Shown: in pieces, positions 1 to 9,108 of the stretch
How positions within the stretch are numbered: position 1 is the stretch's first letter
Layout of the letters: every line of letters starts with the position of its first letter
Assembly: GCA_963796275.1 (NCBI GenBank)
Contig: CAWCKY010000006.1
Coordinates: 864,001-928,000 of the forward strand
DNA: 64,000 nt
From: an uncultured Acidobacteriota bacterium
GTDB taxonomy: Bacteria > Acidobacteriota > Blastocatellia > RBC074
Direction of reading: 5' to 3'
Translations under genes and position numbers: made by a program
Notes under the pieces: generated by a model
What the model was told of the DNA's origin: nothing
Databases searched by the model: none
The model's input: only the letters and a program-made list of their open reading frames with translations

Positions 1-423
1 GATACGCCTTTCACGGTAGAGGCAGAGCGAGAGTATATTTTGAATTTTCCTCGAGCTGGAATTTTCCACGTTGCAGAACGCCGCCACGATCGGAAAATGG
101 TTGGATTTCAGAGTATGGAACCGTTCGCCACTTATACACACGCGTTTGATCACGTGGGGGTCCTCGGGACATACGTAGACCTCGCATGTCGGCGACAGGG
201 TATCGCCTCATATCTCTTCGAAGCTACTTTTGCCGCGGCCATCCGCAAGGGATACGAAAAGATATTTACTTTTGTGCGTGCGGATAATTCGCCGGCTTTG
301 TCCACTTATCTCAATCAGGGATTTCAGATCGTGGGGAGAGCGAAAAGACAGGCTAAAATAAAGGGAAATTATGTGGACGAGATCATTATCGAAAAGTTTC
401 TTAACATTATGCTAGAGGAGTAA
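1..423 (+). CDS. GNAT family N-acetyltransferase (5' end runs off the window)
   Basis: Frame open from position 1 (DTPFTVEAEREYILNF...); acetyl-CoA motif A 'YVDLACRRQGIASYL' and 'DNSPALSTYLNQGF'. Confidence 0.85.
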   Translation, partial: DTPFTVEAEREYILNFPRAGIFHVAERRHDRKMVGFQSMEPFATYTHAFDHVGVLGTYVDLACRRQGIASYLFEATFAAAIRKGYEKIFTFVRADNSPALSTYLNQGFQIVGRAKRQAKIKGNYVDEIIIEKFLNIMLEE

Positions 424-477
424 TTCCTATGCGTTATGTCACGGAAGAGCGGCTTTTGTCGTGGGGAGATGATTTCT
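417..477 (+). repeat. Direct repeat copy 1 (RBS plus first 16 codons of the LURP-one-like gene)
   Basis: 57/61 nt identical to 3285-3345, aligned by eye. Confidence 0.9.
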
Positions 478-777
478 GTGTTGCCACTGGATCCGTTAGT
501 TTGTCTCCGCCGCAAATTCATCTGGTACCCAGGCTAGTTGCGCTGAGATCGCGCCAGGGGCGTTTAACACTCATGGCAAGAAGCGGCTGAAAGTCGCACG
601 ATTGACATATTCAGTAGGTAATTCGGCGGTGGGCCAAATCGGGGTGCCGAAATGGGTCGAACCAAAATGCCAACTCCGTTACCGTTAGTCTTCCAGTGTC
701 AGAGGCTCTTTGAGTTGCCACCTGGCGGCGTTCATAATGGCTCAAACCCCAGCACCACATTACAAACCCCATCAATA

Positions 778-819
778 TGAACAAGCTCGCTCCATCATCT
801 GTTGAAGCGAACTTGTTCA
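778..819 (-). terminator. Hairpin downstream of the SGNH gene
   Basis: 17-nt arms TGAACAAGCTCGCTCCA / TGAAGCGAACTTGTTCA; both mismatches are G-U on the minus strand; weak U-tract. Confidence 0.5.
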
Positions 820-841
820 GACTGAACAGCTTTGGGATCGC

Positions 842-2087
842 TTACTTCTCGCGACGCAACACATTAAAGGCAGCCTGAGCCATCGCCTCGTAACCATCAT
901 CATTTGGATGAATATTATCACCGCTATTGAAAGCTGGTAGAAGAGCCGCTGGGTTATTTGGATCACCCACAGCAGCATCGAAATCAATCACCGCATCATA
1001 TGCGCCGCCGGTACGGATCCAGGAATTAACCGCCTGTCGACCCGCCTCGATGGCCCCTGTCCTCGATACGGGGGTGAGGGTGCCACCGTAGACCTTAAGG
1101 CCCCGCGCACGCGCTCGAAGGATGAGCTGTTGATGCCCTGCAATTACCTGGTCAGCAACCGACCCAAAAAACAGATCATTGAGGCCAATAAGCAGAATGA
1201 CGTGCGAGACGCCAGGCTGAGAGAGCACATCACGGTCGAACCGCGCCTGGACGCTCTGACCAGAGGCAAAACTATTGGCAAGCAATCGGTTGCCAGCTAT
1301 GCCGTGGTTGAGTACGCCCGTCCTCAATCGTCCATGTGATTCAGCAAACAAACGCGCAAGTTGGTCCGGATAACGGGTGTTGGCGTCCTGCGTGGCTCCT
1401 ATGCTATCAGTAATCGAATCGCCAATGGCTATGACGACTCCCGTATCCTCCACCGACTGGACCTCCACGCCCTTCAAAAAGAAGTAGCTTGGCGCGGTAG
1501 ACACTATCGGCAGCACGGTCGCTCCCACGTAATTCCCCGCCGGCGAAATATATGTTGTCCGAAGGCCGACACGGTGCCAGGTAACAGGCCCTGTGCTTCC
1601 AGGCAAGTAGATATCGATAGCAAGCTCGCTCGTTTCCGGAACCCCCAACTGCACAGGATCACTCACGACGTACGCATTAGGGACGATAGTGACCGATGGC
1701 TGCCCTCCGAACGTCAGTGCTCGCCCAGATACCTGCCTGTATCGAACCGCCAGGAGCAGCTATGGCAACCTGCGCGGCGCCTATGTTAAGAGGGCTGGCA
1801 CTAAACTCATTAGTAAACCGCACTCGCACGGCGCGACCGCCGAGGCTGGTAAACACGATTTGCCGTAACGTCTGGTTGGTAAAACCCGCCAGCGCTATTG
1901 GGACTCCCTCAGGGGCCTGCGGACTTGCAGCCCAACTGCCGATCCACGATCGGCCCTTATGCTGACGCCAATCATCTCCGGTCGTACGTGCTGAGGGCGC
2001 ATACGCTACGACGATAAGCGCAACTGCCGGCAGGATGCCTTTGAAAACGCGCAGAAAAAGTGATGGCAAGCATTTCGCGAATGTCAT
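842..2087 (-). pseudogene. Secreted SGNH/GDSL hydrolase, split by a frameshift near 1730
   Basis: Signal peptide, 'WIGSWAASPQ', 'QTLRQIVFTSLGGRAVRVRFTNEF' in the 5' ORF; the other frame continues 'GRALTFGGQPSVTI' into GDSIT, 'GIAGNR', 'GLND', 'DNIHPN'; AGGAG RBS before ATG 2087. Confidence 0.85.
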
Positions 2088-2109
2088 ATCTATCTCTCCT
2101 TTAAGGTGA

Positions 2110-2271
2110 TGCAAGGCGTTAGTTGGACTCCTGATACTACCTGAGGAATTGTTGCTTGGCGGTCAGACAGCACAAGTAACTGGACAGATCGGCGACCCGG
2201 AGAGTGCGGTCGTACCGGGTACCGAAGTTATTGCGACTACAGTAATCAGAAAGCGGGATTGCAGCGCATAA
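2110..2271 (+). pseudogene. Remnant of a TonB receptor N-terminus (carboxypeptidase-regulatory-like domain)
   Basis: Start-less frame ALVGLLILPEELLLGGQTAQVTGQIGDPESAVVPGTEVIATT resembles the N-termini of the intact receptors in this window. Confidence 0.55.
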
Positions 2272-2866
2272 GAAAAGGTATTAGGTCAAAAATGGAATGT
2301 CAATTCCAAAATGTCTACGGATCGCAGGCCCACACAATACCATACCTTAGTCAGATTGTTGGCCACGCTCAGTCCTGAAACTAAGATTTACCCGCCACAG
2401 CATTCACAATGGCCAGTTTGCTCCGCTGTTCGGCAGGGTGTGGACTTCATCGCTCAGTATATTCACTTGGTCAAGGAACTCGCCCTATTTTCTCATCAGA
2501 GATTTCCGTGCTCCCAGCAAAAAAATAGCATCAGTCAGATCTTTGAGGCCAGCGGCTACCGCCGCTGCAGTTACTGGCGCCCACCCCCCAGCCGGTCGAA
2601 CTCGATGAAAGTTGCCAAAGCGAATGTTTGGGATCGCTGATAGCACGCAGATCGAAAAGCCTTACCCGAAAAGATCGTATCGCTCGGCCTATTTCACCGT
2701 TCCAAGCGGGTGGTTGGGTGCGCCCAGCATCGCATGTGGACGCTCACTGAGAAGTGAAAGAATTTGAACGCGAATCCGGCCTCTTAGAGGCTCATCATCA
2801 TCGCCGCAGGCGCGTCCTCTTCATCCCAAATTTTATTAGCATCGTCGATCGAGGCGGAAATGAAGA

Positions 2867-2893
2867 ACCCCGGTTGTTAATAACAACCGGGGT
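2867..2893. repeat. Perfect palindrome, 13-bp arms with 1-nt spacer
   Basis: ACCCCGGTTGTTA-A-TAACAACCGGGGT. Confidence 0.8.
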
Positions 2894-3284
2894 CTTCTTC
2901 TGACTCCCGCGTTAGCAGGAGCCGTGTGTCCTCATTCTCCCACTTCTACTCCCCACTGTCCACCCTCACTTAAACGATCGATGCTTTTCCGGCAATACTT
3001 TTGCCGGGCTCCAGGGACGTTTGAGCGCCCCGTTCCGTGCGGCTTCACTGACTTGCAAACCGGTGATGAGCAGAATAAAAGTTCAAAGACCTCGATCCGC
3101 ATCACCGGGCGAAAGATATCAAGCATTGGATGAACTCTGATGGTAGGATATTAACTCGTTCTCTTGTTTAAGGTTTTAGTCATAAAAATATTGAACAACT
3201 TTGCGAGGAGCGTCACTCAACTTGCATTTCCTACCATTTTTCAGAGATCAAAACCGTAAACTACAGTTAAACATCAAGATAGGG

Positions 3285-3345
3285 GGAGTAAATCCTATGC
3301 GTTATGTCATGAAAGAGCGTCTTTTGTCGTGGGGAGATGATTTCT
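3285..3345 (+). repeat. Direct repeat copy 2
   Basis: 57/61 nt identical to 417-477. Confidence 0.9.
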
Positions 3346-3785
3346 ACATTAAAGATGAAAATGACTGCGATCTCTTTTTTGTAGACGGCAAGGCATTTAG
3401 CTTTGGCAATCAGCTTTCATTTCAGGACTTAGACGGTAACGAACTGGCATATATTAAACAGAAGCTCCTGTCCTGGGGGCCAACCTACGAAATTTATCGG
3501 AGCGGCGATCTGTGTGCCGTCGTGAAGAAGGACCTCTTTGCATTCTTTCGGCACGTGTTCACAGTGGACGTGCCGGGTCCGGATGACCTCACTGCGGAGG
3601 GAGACTTCTGGGATCACGAATATACTTTCAGCCGCTCCGAACGGGTCGTGGCGCAGGTCTCGAAGAAATGGCTTGCCTGGAGTGATACCTATGGGATCGA
3701 GATTTCAGATGATATCGATGCCATCCTGGTGCTGACTAGCGCAGTCGTCATCGATCAGGTGTGCCATGACAAGAAGGACGATTAA
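3297..3785 (+). CDS. LURP-one-related / scramblase (YxjI-like) family protein
   Basis: 'MRYVMKERLLSWGDDFYIKDE...FFVDGK...GDFWDHEYTF...VSKKWLAWSDTYGIEI...VVID'; GGGGAG RBS before ATG 3297. Confidence 0.85.
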   Translation: MRYVMKERLLSWGDDFYIKDENDCDLFFVDGKAFSFGNQLSFQDLDGNELAYIKQKLLSWGPTYEIYRSGDLCAVVKKDLFAFFRHVFTVDVPGPDDLTAEGDFWDHEYTFSRSERVVAQVSKKWLAWSDTYGIEISDDIDAILVLTSAVVIDQVCHDKKDD

Positions 3786-3842
3786 CTGAAACTCATTATC
3801 CCGATAGCGAATACAATTTACATGCAAAATTTTTGAATTCAT

Positions 3843-3879
3843 CCGGAAGACCTGTTAATATGTCTTCCGGTTAAGACAT
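3843..3879. promoter_or_regulatory. Two overlapping palindromes, candidate GntR operator
   Basis: CCGGAAGAC-N10-GTCTTCCGG (3843-3870) and ATGTCTT-N6-AAGACAT (3860-3879) upstream of the GntR gene. Confidence 0.45.
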
Positions 3880-3966
3880 TCCATTTTCTATCGATGGAGT
3901 ATTCGATAGAACTAGCCCCGTAAAATTCGGACAAGCTTAATTCGCAAGAATTTATAGAGCGAACAG

Positions 3967-4725
3967 ATGAGTAACCAATCCGCAGGTTTGAGCAAGTATC
4001 TTCCTGTCCCCCTCTATTACCAACTGAAGACGATCTTGCTCGAGCAGATTCGGGTTGGAGAGATGAAGCCGAACGACAGGCTACCGGCTGAAGATGAGTT
4101 GGCTGCCACCTATGGCGTCAGCAAAGCGACGGTGCGTCAAGCCCTGAATGAGTTGGCAGTAGCTGGTGTGTTACGGCGTGAGCAGGGGCGCGGCACGTTC
4201 GTCGCCGAGCCCAAGCTGGCCCAGGGGCCGCGCGAGCTGACGAGTTTCACCGAGGAGATGAGCAATCTCGGCTTTCGCCCGACATCGGAAGTACTAACTC
4301 AGGACGTAATCGAAGCTGAGGCCGATGTTGCCGAAAAACTGAGGATTGAAAAAGGCACTCTCGTTATGCGGCTCAAACGTCTGCGAATTGCCGACGGCAA
4401 ACCGATGGGAATTCAAACGGCTTACATTCCCGTAGAACTGGCGCCCGGATTGGCCGAGGAGGATTTTACGGAAACCTCACTTTATAGCCTGCTGGAACGA
4501 AAGTACGGGTTAATGCCCGTGCGCGCGCAGGAGACCTATTTCGCAGTGCTTCTCGAGCAAGACGAAGCAAGGCTCCTCAATGTCGCTGCCACCTCACCCG
4601 GGATTGCAGCCGAGCGCTTATCCTATCTCGCGTCAGGGCGAACGCTTGAACTAGTTTATTCAATAATGCGCGGAGACAGGTACAAGATCGTGTTGGATCT
4701 GACTAAAAATCAGCCGAAGTTTTGA
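3967..4725 (+). CDS. GntR family regulator, HutC/UTRA type
   Basis: wHTH 'PLYYQL...LPAEDELAATYGVSKATVRQAL...QGRGTFV' and C-terminal UTRA-like domain 'SFTEEM...SLYSLLERKYG'. Confidence 0.93.
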   Translation: MSNQSAGLSKYLPVPLYYQLKTILLEQIRVGEMKPNDRLPAEDELAATYGVSKATVRQALNELAVAGVLRREQGRGTFVAEPKLAQGPRELTSFTEEMSNLGFRPTSEVLTQDVIEAEADVAEKLRIEKGTLVMRLKRLRIADGKPMGIQTAYIPVELAPGLAEEDFTETSLYSLLERKYGLMPVRAQETYFAVLLEQDEARLLNVAATSPGIAAERLSYLASGRTLELVYSIMRGDRYKIVLDLTKNQPKF

Positions 4726-4767
4726 CTGAACGCTCATTCGAAAAGGAAGGTCCGATCTCGATTTTGG

Positions 4768-4890
4768 GTAACAGCTCACCTAGGGGTGCGGCTCGGGGAG
4801 CGTAAGCGATCTGGGCTACGATAAAACGGGCACTTGACAAGCCTCAGGTCGCTTACGCTCCTCATGCCGCACCCCCCGGTGGGCTGTTAC
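4768..4890. repeat. GC-rich long imperfect inverted repeat (REP-like)
   Basis: GTAACAGCTCACC..GGGGTGCGGC..GGAGCGTAAGCGATC pairs with GGTCGCTTACGCTCC..GCCGCACCCC..GGTGGGCTGTTAC. Confidence 0.75.
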
Positions 4891-4970
4891 ATCGTTTGAA
4901 TCCTTCTATAAATCTTCGGGTCGCCAAACATCACCTAGAAACAAGCCTGTATTCGGAGGAATCACACGCG

Positions 4971-6407
4971 ATGCATTTCCTTTTACCTGCCAAACTGACT
5001 GGTTTGCTTATCCCCCTGATCTGTATTTTTTTCGGCAGCGCTTACGCGGATCAGGAGACGTCGGCGACGATCACCGGCAGGCTGACCGATGCGACCGGCG
5101 CTGTCATCGTCGGAGCGACCATCGTCGTCACCAATCAGGAGAACGGCGCTGTGCGCCGCATCCAGACCAACGATGAGGGTATATACATCGCCACTCCATT
5201 GATCCCCGGATTCTATACCATCACAATTGAACAGATTGGCTTCAAGAAGTTCATACAGACCGGCATGATCTTGAATGTCAGTGACCGCCGTCAGCTCGAC
5301 ATCACGCTTGAAACCGGAGAGCAGACCGAGACGGTGACCATCGAAGGTGGGGCTCCGCTGGTGCAGGATAGTCCGACCGGACAAGGGTTGATTCAGGTAC
5401 ACAGATAATCGAACTGCCTCTTAACAATCGCAATTTCCTCAAGCTGACCGAACTGGTTCCCGGCGTCAGCTCCAGCCTCGACGATGAATCGACATTCGGG
5501 CTGACGAGCAATGCCAGCATCTCGATCAACGGTATGCGACGAAATGCGGTCAACTATCTGGTCGACGCTTGCGCAACGATGCTACGAGCGCCAACACTTT
5601 TTTCAACAACCGGCTCGGCAGGGATGCGGGCGGGCATTCCGAGAGCCGATGTGCCGCCATTGCGCTACAATAATTTCGGCGGTGGCGGCCCGCTGATTCT
5701 GCCCAAGAAATTCTTCGGACCGCTCGGCTACAACGAGGACAGACGGCGGACCTTCTTTTTTTTCTCCGAGGAAGTGCGGCGGATAAATCGTGGGTTGACC
5801 GACGCAAGCGCGACGGTGCCCAGCATTGCCCAGCACGCGGATCGAATATGCCGAAGTGCGCTCATCGCGCCGGCATATCTTCGCCCTGAGCTATGTTTAC
5901 GAGTTGCCGTTCTTCCGCCGGAGCAATCGCGCGGCTTTGCGGCACGTGCTGGGCGGCTGGCAGGTTTCCGGTATCACCTCGATCAATTCGGGCCAGCCGA
6001 TCCCGCGGGTGCTAGCCGATACGGCCAACGAGGGTCGCGGCAACCGGCCCAATCTGGTCGGCGATCCACGGAGCGGACTCGCGGGAACCATCGATGATGA
6101 TGGTCTGCCATACATTTTTGACCCGAACGCTTTCACCCTGGCTCCGGACGGAACCTATGGCAACGCGCCACGGGGTTTCGCGCGCGGACGCGGGCAAAAC
6201 CAGACCAATCTCTTAATGGCCAAGAACTTTTACTTCGATAGCGAGAACGAGAAATATCTACAGTTCCGCGCCGAAGCCTACAACATTTTCAACCATAATC
6301 AATTCACGGGTATCGGCGCCACGCTCGCCACGCCCGCTACGTTGGGCCGTCCGACCAGCGCTCGTCTGCCGCGCGAGTTTCAGTTTGCCTTGAAATTTTA
6401 CTTCTAG
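4971..6407 (+). pseudogene. Internally deleted, frameshifted Oar-like TonB-dependent receptor
   Basis: Signal peptide plus 'TITGRLTDATGAVIVGATI'; then in changing frames 'ELPLNNRNF..LVPGV', 'LRYNNFGG..GGP', 'TFFFFSEE' and C-terminal 'LQFRAEAYNIFNH...FQFALKFYF'; ~1.4 kb versus 3.3-3.6 kb for intact paralogues here. Confidence 0.85.
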
Positions 6408-6580
6408 AGCGCTGTTCGAGTTTTCGCAGCGTGTAGGACGGTTCGGTCACCGTCCTTTCCCCTCCCCCTTTACAAAAACCGGCACAACATGAATCATGTG
6501 CCGGCGGTTCTGTGCATTCCGGAGTAACATCCAACAAATAAGCGATTTCAGCTTCAAGCAGTCCGCCTTGATAATCCGGT

Positions 6581-6788
6581 ACGCCGCAGGTGATCGGGAA
6601 GCGCGGTGCGAATCCGCCGCTGCCCTCGCAACTGTAATCGGCAACGAAATCCACACGGAGCCACTGTTCGTTCGCGAAACGGGAAGGCGTGGAGAGTAGG
6701 CTGAAGAAATCAAATAACGAAATTTTAGAGTTGGAATTTCAGATTTGAATCTTCGAGGCCGTAAGCCAGGAGACCGGCCCGCGCGCGT
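6581..6788 (+). promoter_or_regulatory. Cobalamin (B12) riboswitch
   Basis: Ordered conserved blocks AGGTG, GGGAA, GGTGCGAATCC, CTGCCC-CAACTGT, GCCACTG, GGGAAGGC and B12 box AAGCCAGGAGACCGGCC; lies upstream of cobT/cobS. Confidence 0.92.
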
Positions 6789-6827
6789 CTGTTTCAACCC
6801 GCGAAGGGCGGGAGAAAGGACGGTCCC

Positions 6828-7016
6828 ATGACACTCGCCTCTCTGCGCCATATTTCATCGGCGCTTCTCATCATTCTATTATTCACTAACCTCGCGACAT
6901 TGGTTCCGGCGCAATCTTTCCGGCAACTCGATGGCAGGGTTATCGATACGAACTCTGCCGGCATTGCCGGAGCCTCGGTGACGCTGATAGCGCGTGATAA
7001 TCGCCAAACAGGATAA
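6828..7016 (+). pseudogene. Truncated 5' end of a TonB-dependent (probable cobalamin) receptor
   Basis: Signal peptide plus 'LDGRVIDTNSAGIAGASVTLIARDN', then a stop after 62 aa; first ORF after the riboswitch, with AAGGA RBS. Confidence 0.7.
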
Positions 7017-7020
7017 GAAC

Positions 7021-8073
7021 ATGATTGATGCGACCATACAAAGCATCAGACCAGTCGAAAAAGTCTGGCTGGAGCGGGCTGCTGAGCGACAGGCGCAACT
7101 GACCAAGCCGCCTGGCAGCCTCGGCCTACTTGAAGAGATAGCCAATCGCCTGGTTGCGATCCGTCAAACGCTGAAGCCGGAGGTTTGCCGGCAGCGAATT
7201 TATATCGCCGCGGCCGACCATGGCGTCGTTGTCGAAGGCGTGAGCGCCTATCCGCGGGAGGTCACGGCACAGATGGTCTATAACTTCCTGCGCGGAGGCG
7301 CCGCAATCAATGTATTGGCCTGTTATGGATGTATCGAAGTCAGAGTGGTTGATGCAGGCGTTGACGCCGACTTTCTTGACGCTCCCGAATTGATCCGGGC
7401 TAAAATCTTGCGCGGTACCGCGAACATCGCGTGCGGTCCGGCGATGACGCGCGATCAGGCTGCGCAATCTATTTCTATCGGCATCGAGCTGGCGCGGGCC
7501 GGGGCGGCAGAAGCGATCGAGCTGCTCGGCGTTGGGGAAATGGGAATCGGCAACACCACGTCGGCCAGCGCGATTACGGCGGCGCTCACCCAACTTCCTC
7601 CTGAATCTGTAACAGGGCGCGGTACCGGTGTGGATGACGCCGGATGGCGAAGAAAAGTCTCGGCGGTCGAACGCGCGCTCGCAGTTAATATTCCGGATAG
7701 CGATGACCCGCTTGATATTCTGGCGAAGGTCGGCGGTGCCGAGATCGGCCTTATGACGGGTCTGGTGCTCGGCTCGGCTGCCGAAAGAATGCCGGTCGTG
7801 GCCGACGGTTTCATTTCGACCTCTGCCGCGGCGCTCGCGTGTCTGTTTTGTCCGAACGTGCGCGATTATCTTTTCATCGCTCATCGCTCGCAGGAAGCCG
7901 GGCACGACGCGCTGATCGAGTTCATAGGGATGCGTCCGCTGCTCGATCTGCAGATGCGCCTAGGCGAGGGAACCGGCGCAGCCCTCGCGATGCATCTCAT
8001 CGGAGCCGCCTCCAGGCTGCTAGCCGGAATGGCCACATTTACTGAAGCCGGAGTGAGCGACAGAGAAGCCTGA
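7021..8073 (+). CDS. cobT: Nicotinate-nucleotide-dimethylbenzimidazole phosphoribosyltransferase
   Basis: 'LTKPPGSLGLLE', 'AADHGV', 'GEMGIGNTT', 'DGFI', 'MRLGEGTGA'. Confidence 0.96.
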   Translation: MIDATIQSIRPVEKVWLERAAERQAQLTKPPGSLGLLEEIANRLVAIRQTLKPEVCRQRIYIAAADHGVVVEGVSAYPREVTAQMVYNFLRGGAAINVLACYGCIEVRVVDAGVDADFLDAPELIRAKILRGTANIACGPAMTRDQAAQSISIGIELARAGAAEAIELLGVGEMGIGNTTSASAITAALTQLPPESVTGRGTGVDDAGWRRKVSAVERALAVNIPDSDDPLDILAKVGGAEIGLMTGLVLGSAAERMPVVADGFISTSAAALACLFCPNVRDYLFIAHRSQEAGHDALIEFIGMRPLLDLQMRLGEGTGAALAMHLIGAASRLLAGMATFTEAGVSDREA

Positions 8074-8834
8074 TGTCCGAATGGCCGCGTCTATTCTTGG
8101 TAGCCGTACAGTTTCTCACGCGCCTGCCGATGCCGCGCGACCTGAAGACGAATGAGGAGGAACTGGGACGATCGGCCATGTTCTTTCCACTCGTAGGGAT
8201 GCTAGTCGGCGGTGGCGGCGCGCTGCTTCACGTCGCGCTCTTGCATTTGCTGCCGCCATCCACGTGCGTGCTGCTGGTACTGATCTATGCCTCCTTCATC
8301 ACTAATGCCTTTCACGAGGACGGACTGGCCGACACGGTTGACGGTTTCGGCGGCGGATGGACGCGCGAGCGTGTGCTTGAGATTATGCGGGACAGCCGCG
8401 TCGGGGCGTTCGGCGCGCTGGCGCTGATTTTTCTCGTGCTTGGGAAATACAATTTTCTTTCCACCCTGGATCCCTCCGCAGTCTGGCGCTGGTTGATCGT
8501 TGCACATACAGCGGCCCGATGGACGACGCTGCCGTTGTGTCTGTGGCTGCCGTATGCGAGAGCGGAGGGACAGGGAAAGCTGGTCGCCCGGCGAGTAAGT
8601 TACGGAGGGATGGCAGTCGCGACCCTGACGCTCTTGGCATCGCTCGCACTGCTGCACTTGCGCGCTGCCGCGTTTGCATTCGCGATCGCTGTAGCAGTGG
8701 TGATTGCGAGCGGATGGTACTTCCGGAGACGACTTGGAGGCATCACGGGCGACTGCCTCGGTGCGACCAATCAAGTTACGGAAGTCATATTATATTTAGC
8801 TGCGATTGCGCTATCACAATATCGTAATGACTGA
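8073..8834 (+). CDS. cobS: Adenosylcobinamide-GDP ribazoletransferase (cobalamin synthase)
   Basis: 'FLTRLP', 'HEDGLADTVDG', 'IMRDSRVGAFG', 'GGITGDCLGA'; start overlaps the cobT stop. Confidence 0.96.
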   Translation: MSEWPRLFLVAVQFLTRLPMPRDLKTNEEELGRSAMFFPLVGMLVGGGGALLHVALLHLLPPSTCVLLVLIYASFITNAFHEDGLADTVDGFGGGWTRERVLEIMRDSRVGAFGALALIFLVLGKYNFLSTLDPSAVWRWLIVAHTAARWTTLPLCLWLPYARAEGQGKLVARRVSYGGMAVATLTLLASLALLHLRAAAFAFAIAVAVVIASGWYFRRRLGGITGDCLGATNQVTEVILYLAAIALSQYRND

Positions 8835-9108
8835 CGCGGCCGTCGAACCGGGTGAGCAATGCCGCAGCCTCATCGGCGACGACTGCTTCCTCCAGATCAT
8901 CGCCTGCAAATCCGCGAATCGCTTCTAACGAATTCCACTGCGTGATGACGATGATCTCAATTGTGTCAGGCGCCTCTCGTTTCAGGAGCAGCGCGCCCTC
9001 ATAGCCGTCTATTTTCTGCAAGTCCGGTAAAACTTTTGTCTTCAGATGTTCAATATAAGCGGGCGCCTGAACGGGCGTCGTTCGGGCCGACCAAAACCTT
9101 GCAATCAT
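8785..9108 (-). CDS. Antibiotic biosynthesis monooxygenase (ABM)-like protein
   Basis: 'MIARFW...ITQWNSLEAIRGFAGDDLEEAVV...FDGRVSHYD'; coupled to the P450 stop. Confidence 0.8.
   Translation of the reverse strand: MIARFWSARTTPVQAPAYIEHLKTKVLPDLQKIDGYEGALLLKREAPDTIEIIVITQWNSLEAIRGFAGDDLEEAVVADEAAALLTRFDGRVSHYDIVIAQSQLNII

Noticed and set aside
2340-2560. Two similar AGTCAGAT..GGCCA segments as possible IS ends
   Set aside because: Short, same orientation, no transposase; cannot be told from chance
2932-3126. 64-aa Cys-containing ORF vaguely like an IS1 InsA zinc ribbon
   Set aside because: Cys spacing is incomplete; no partner ORF or terminal repeats
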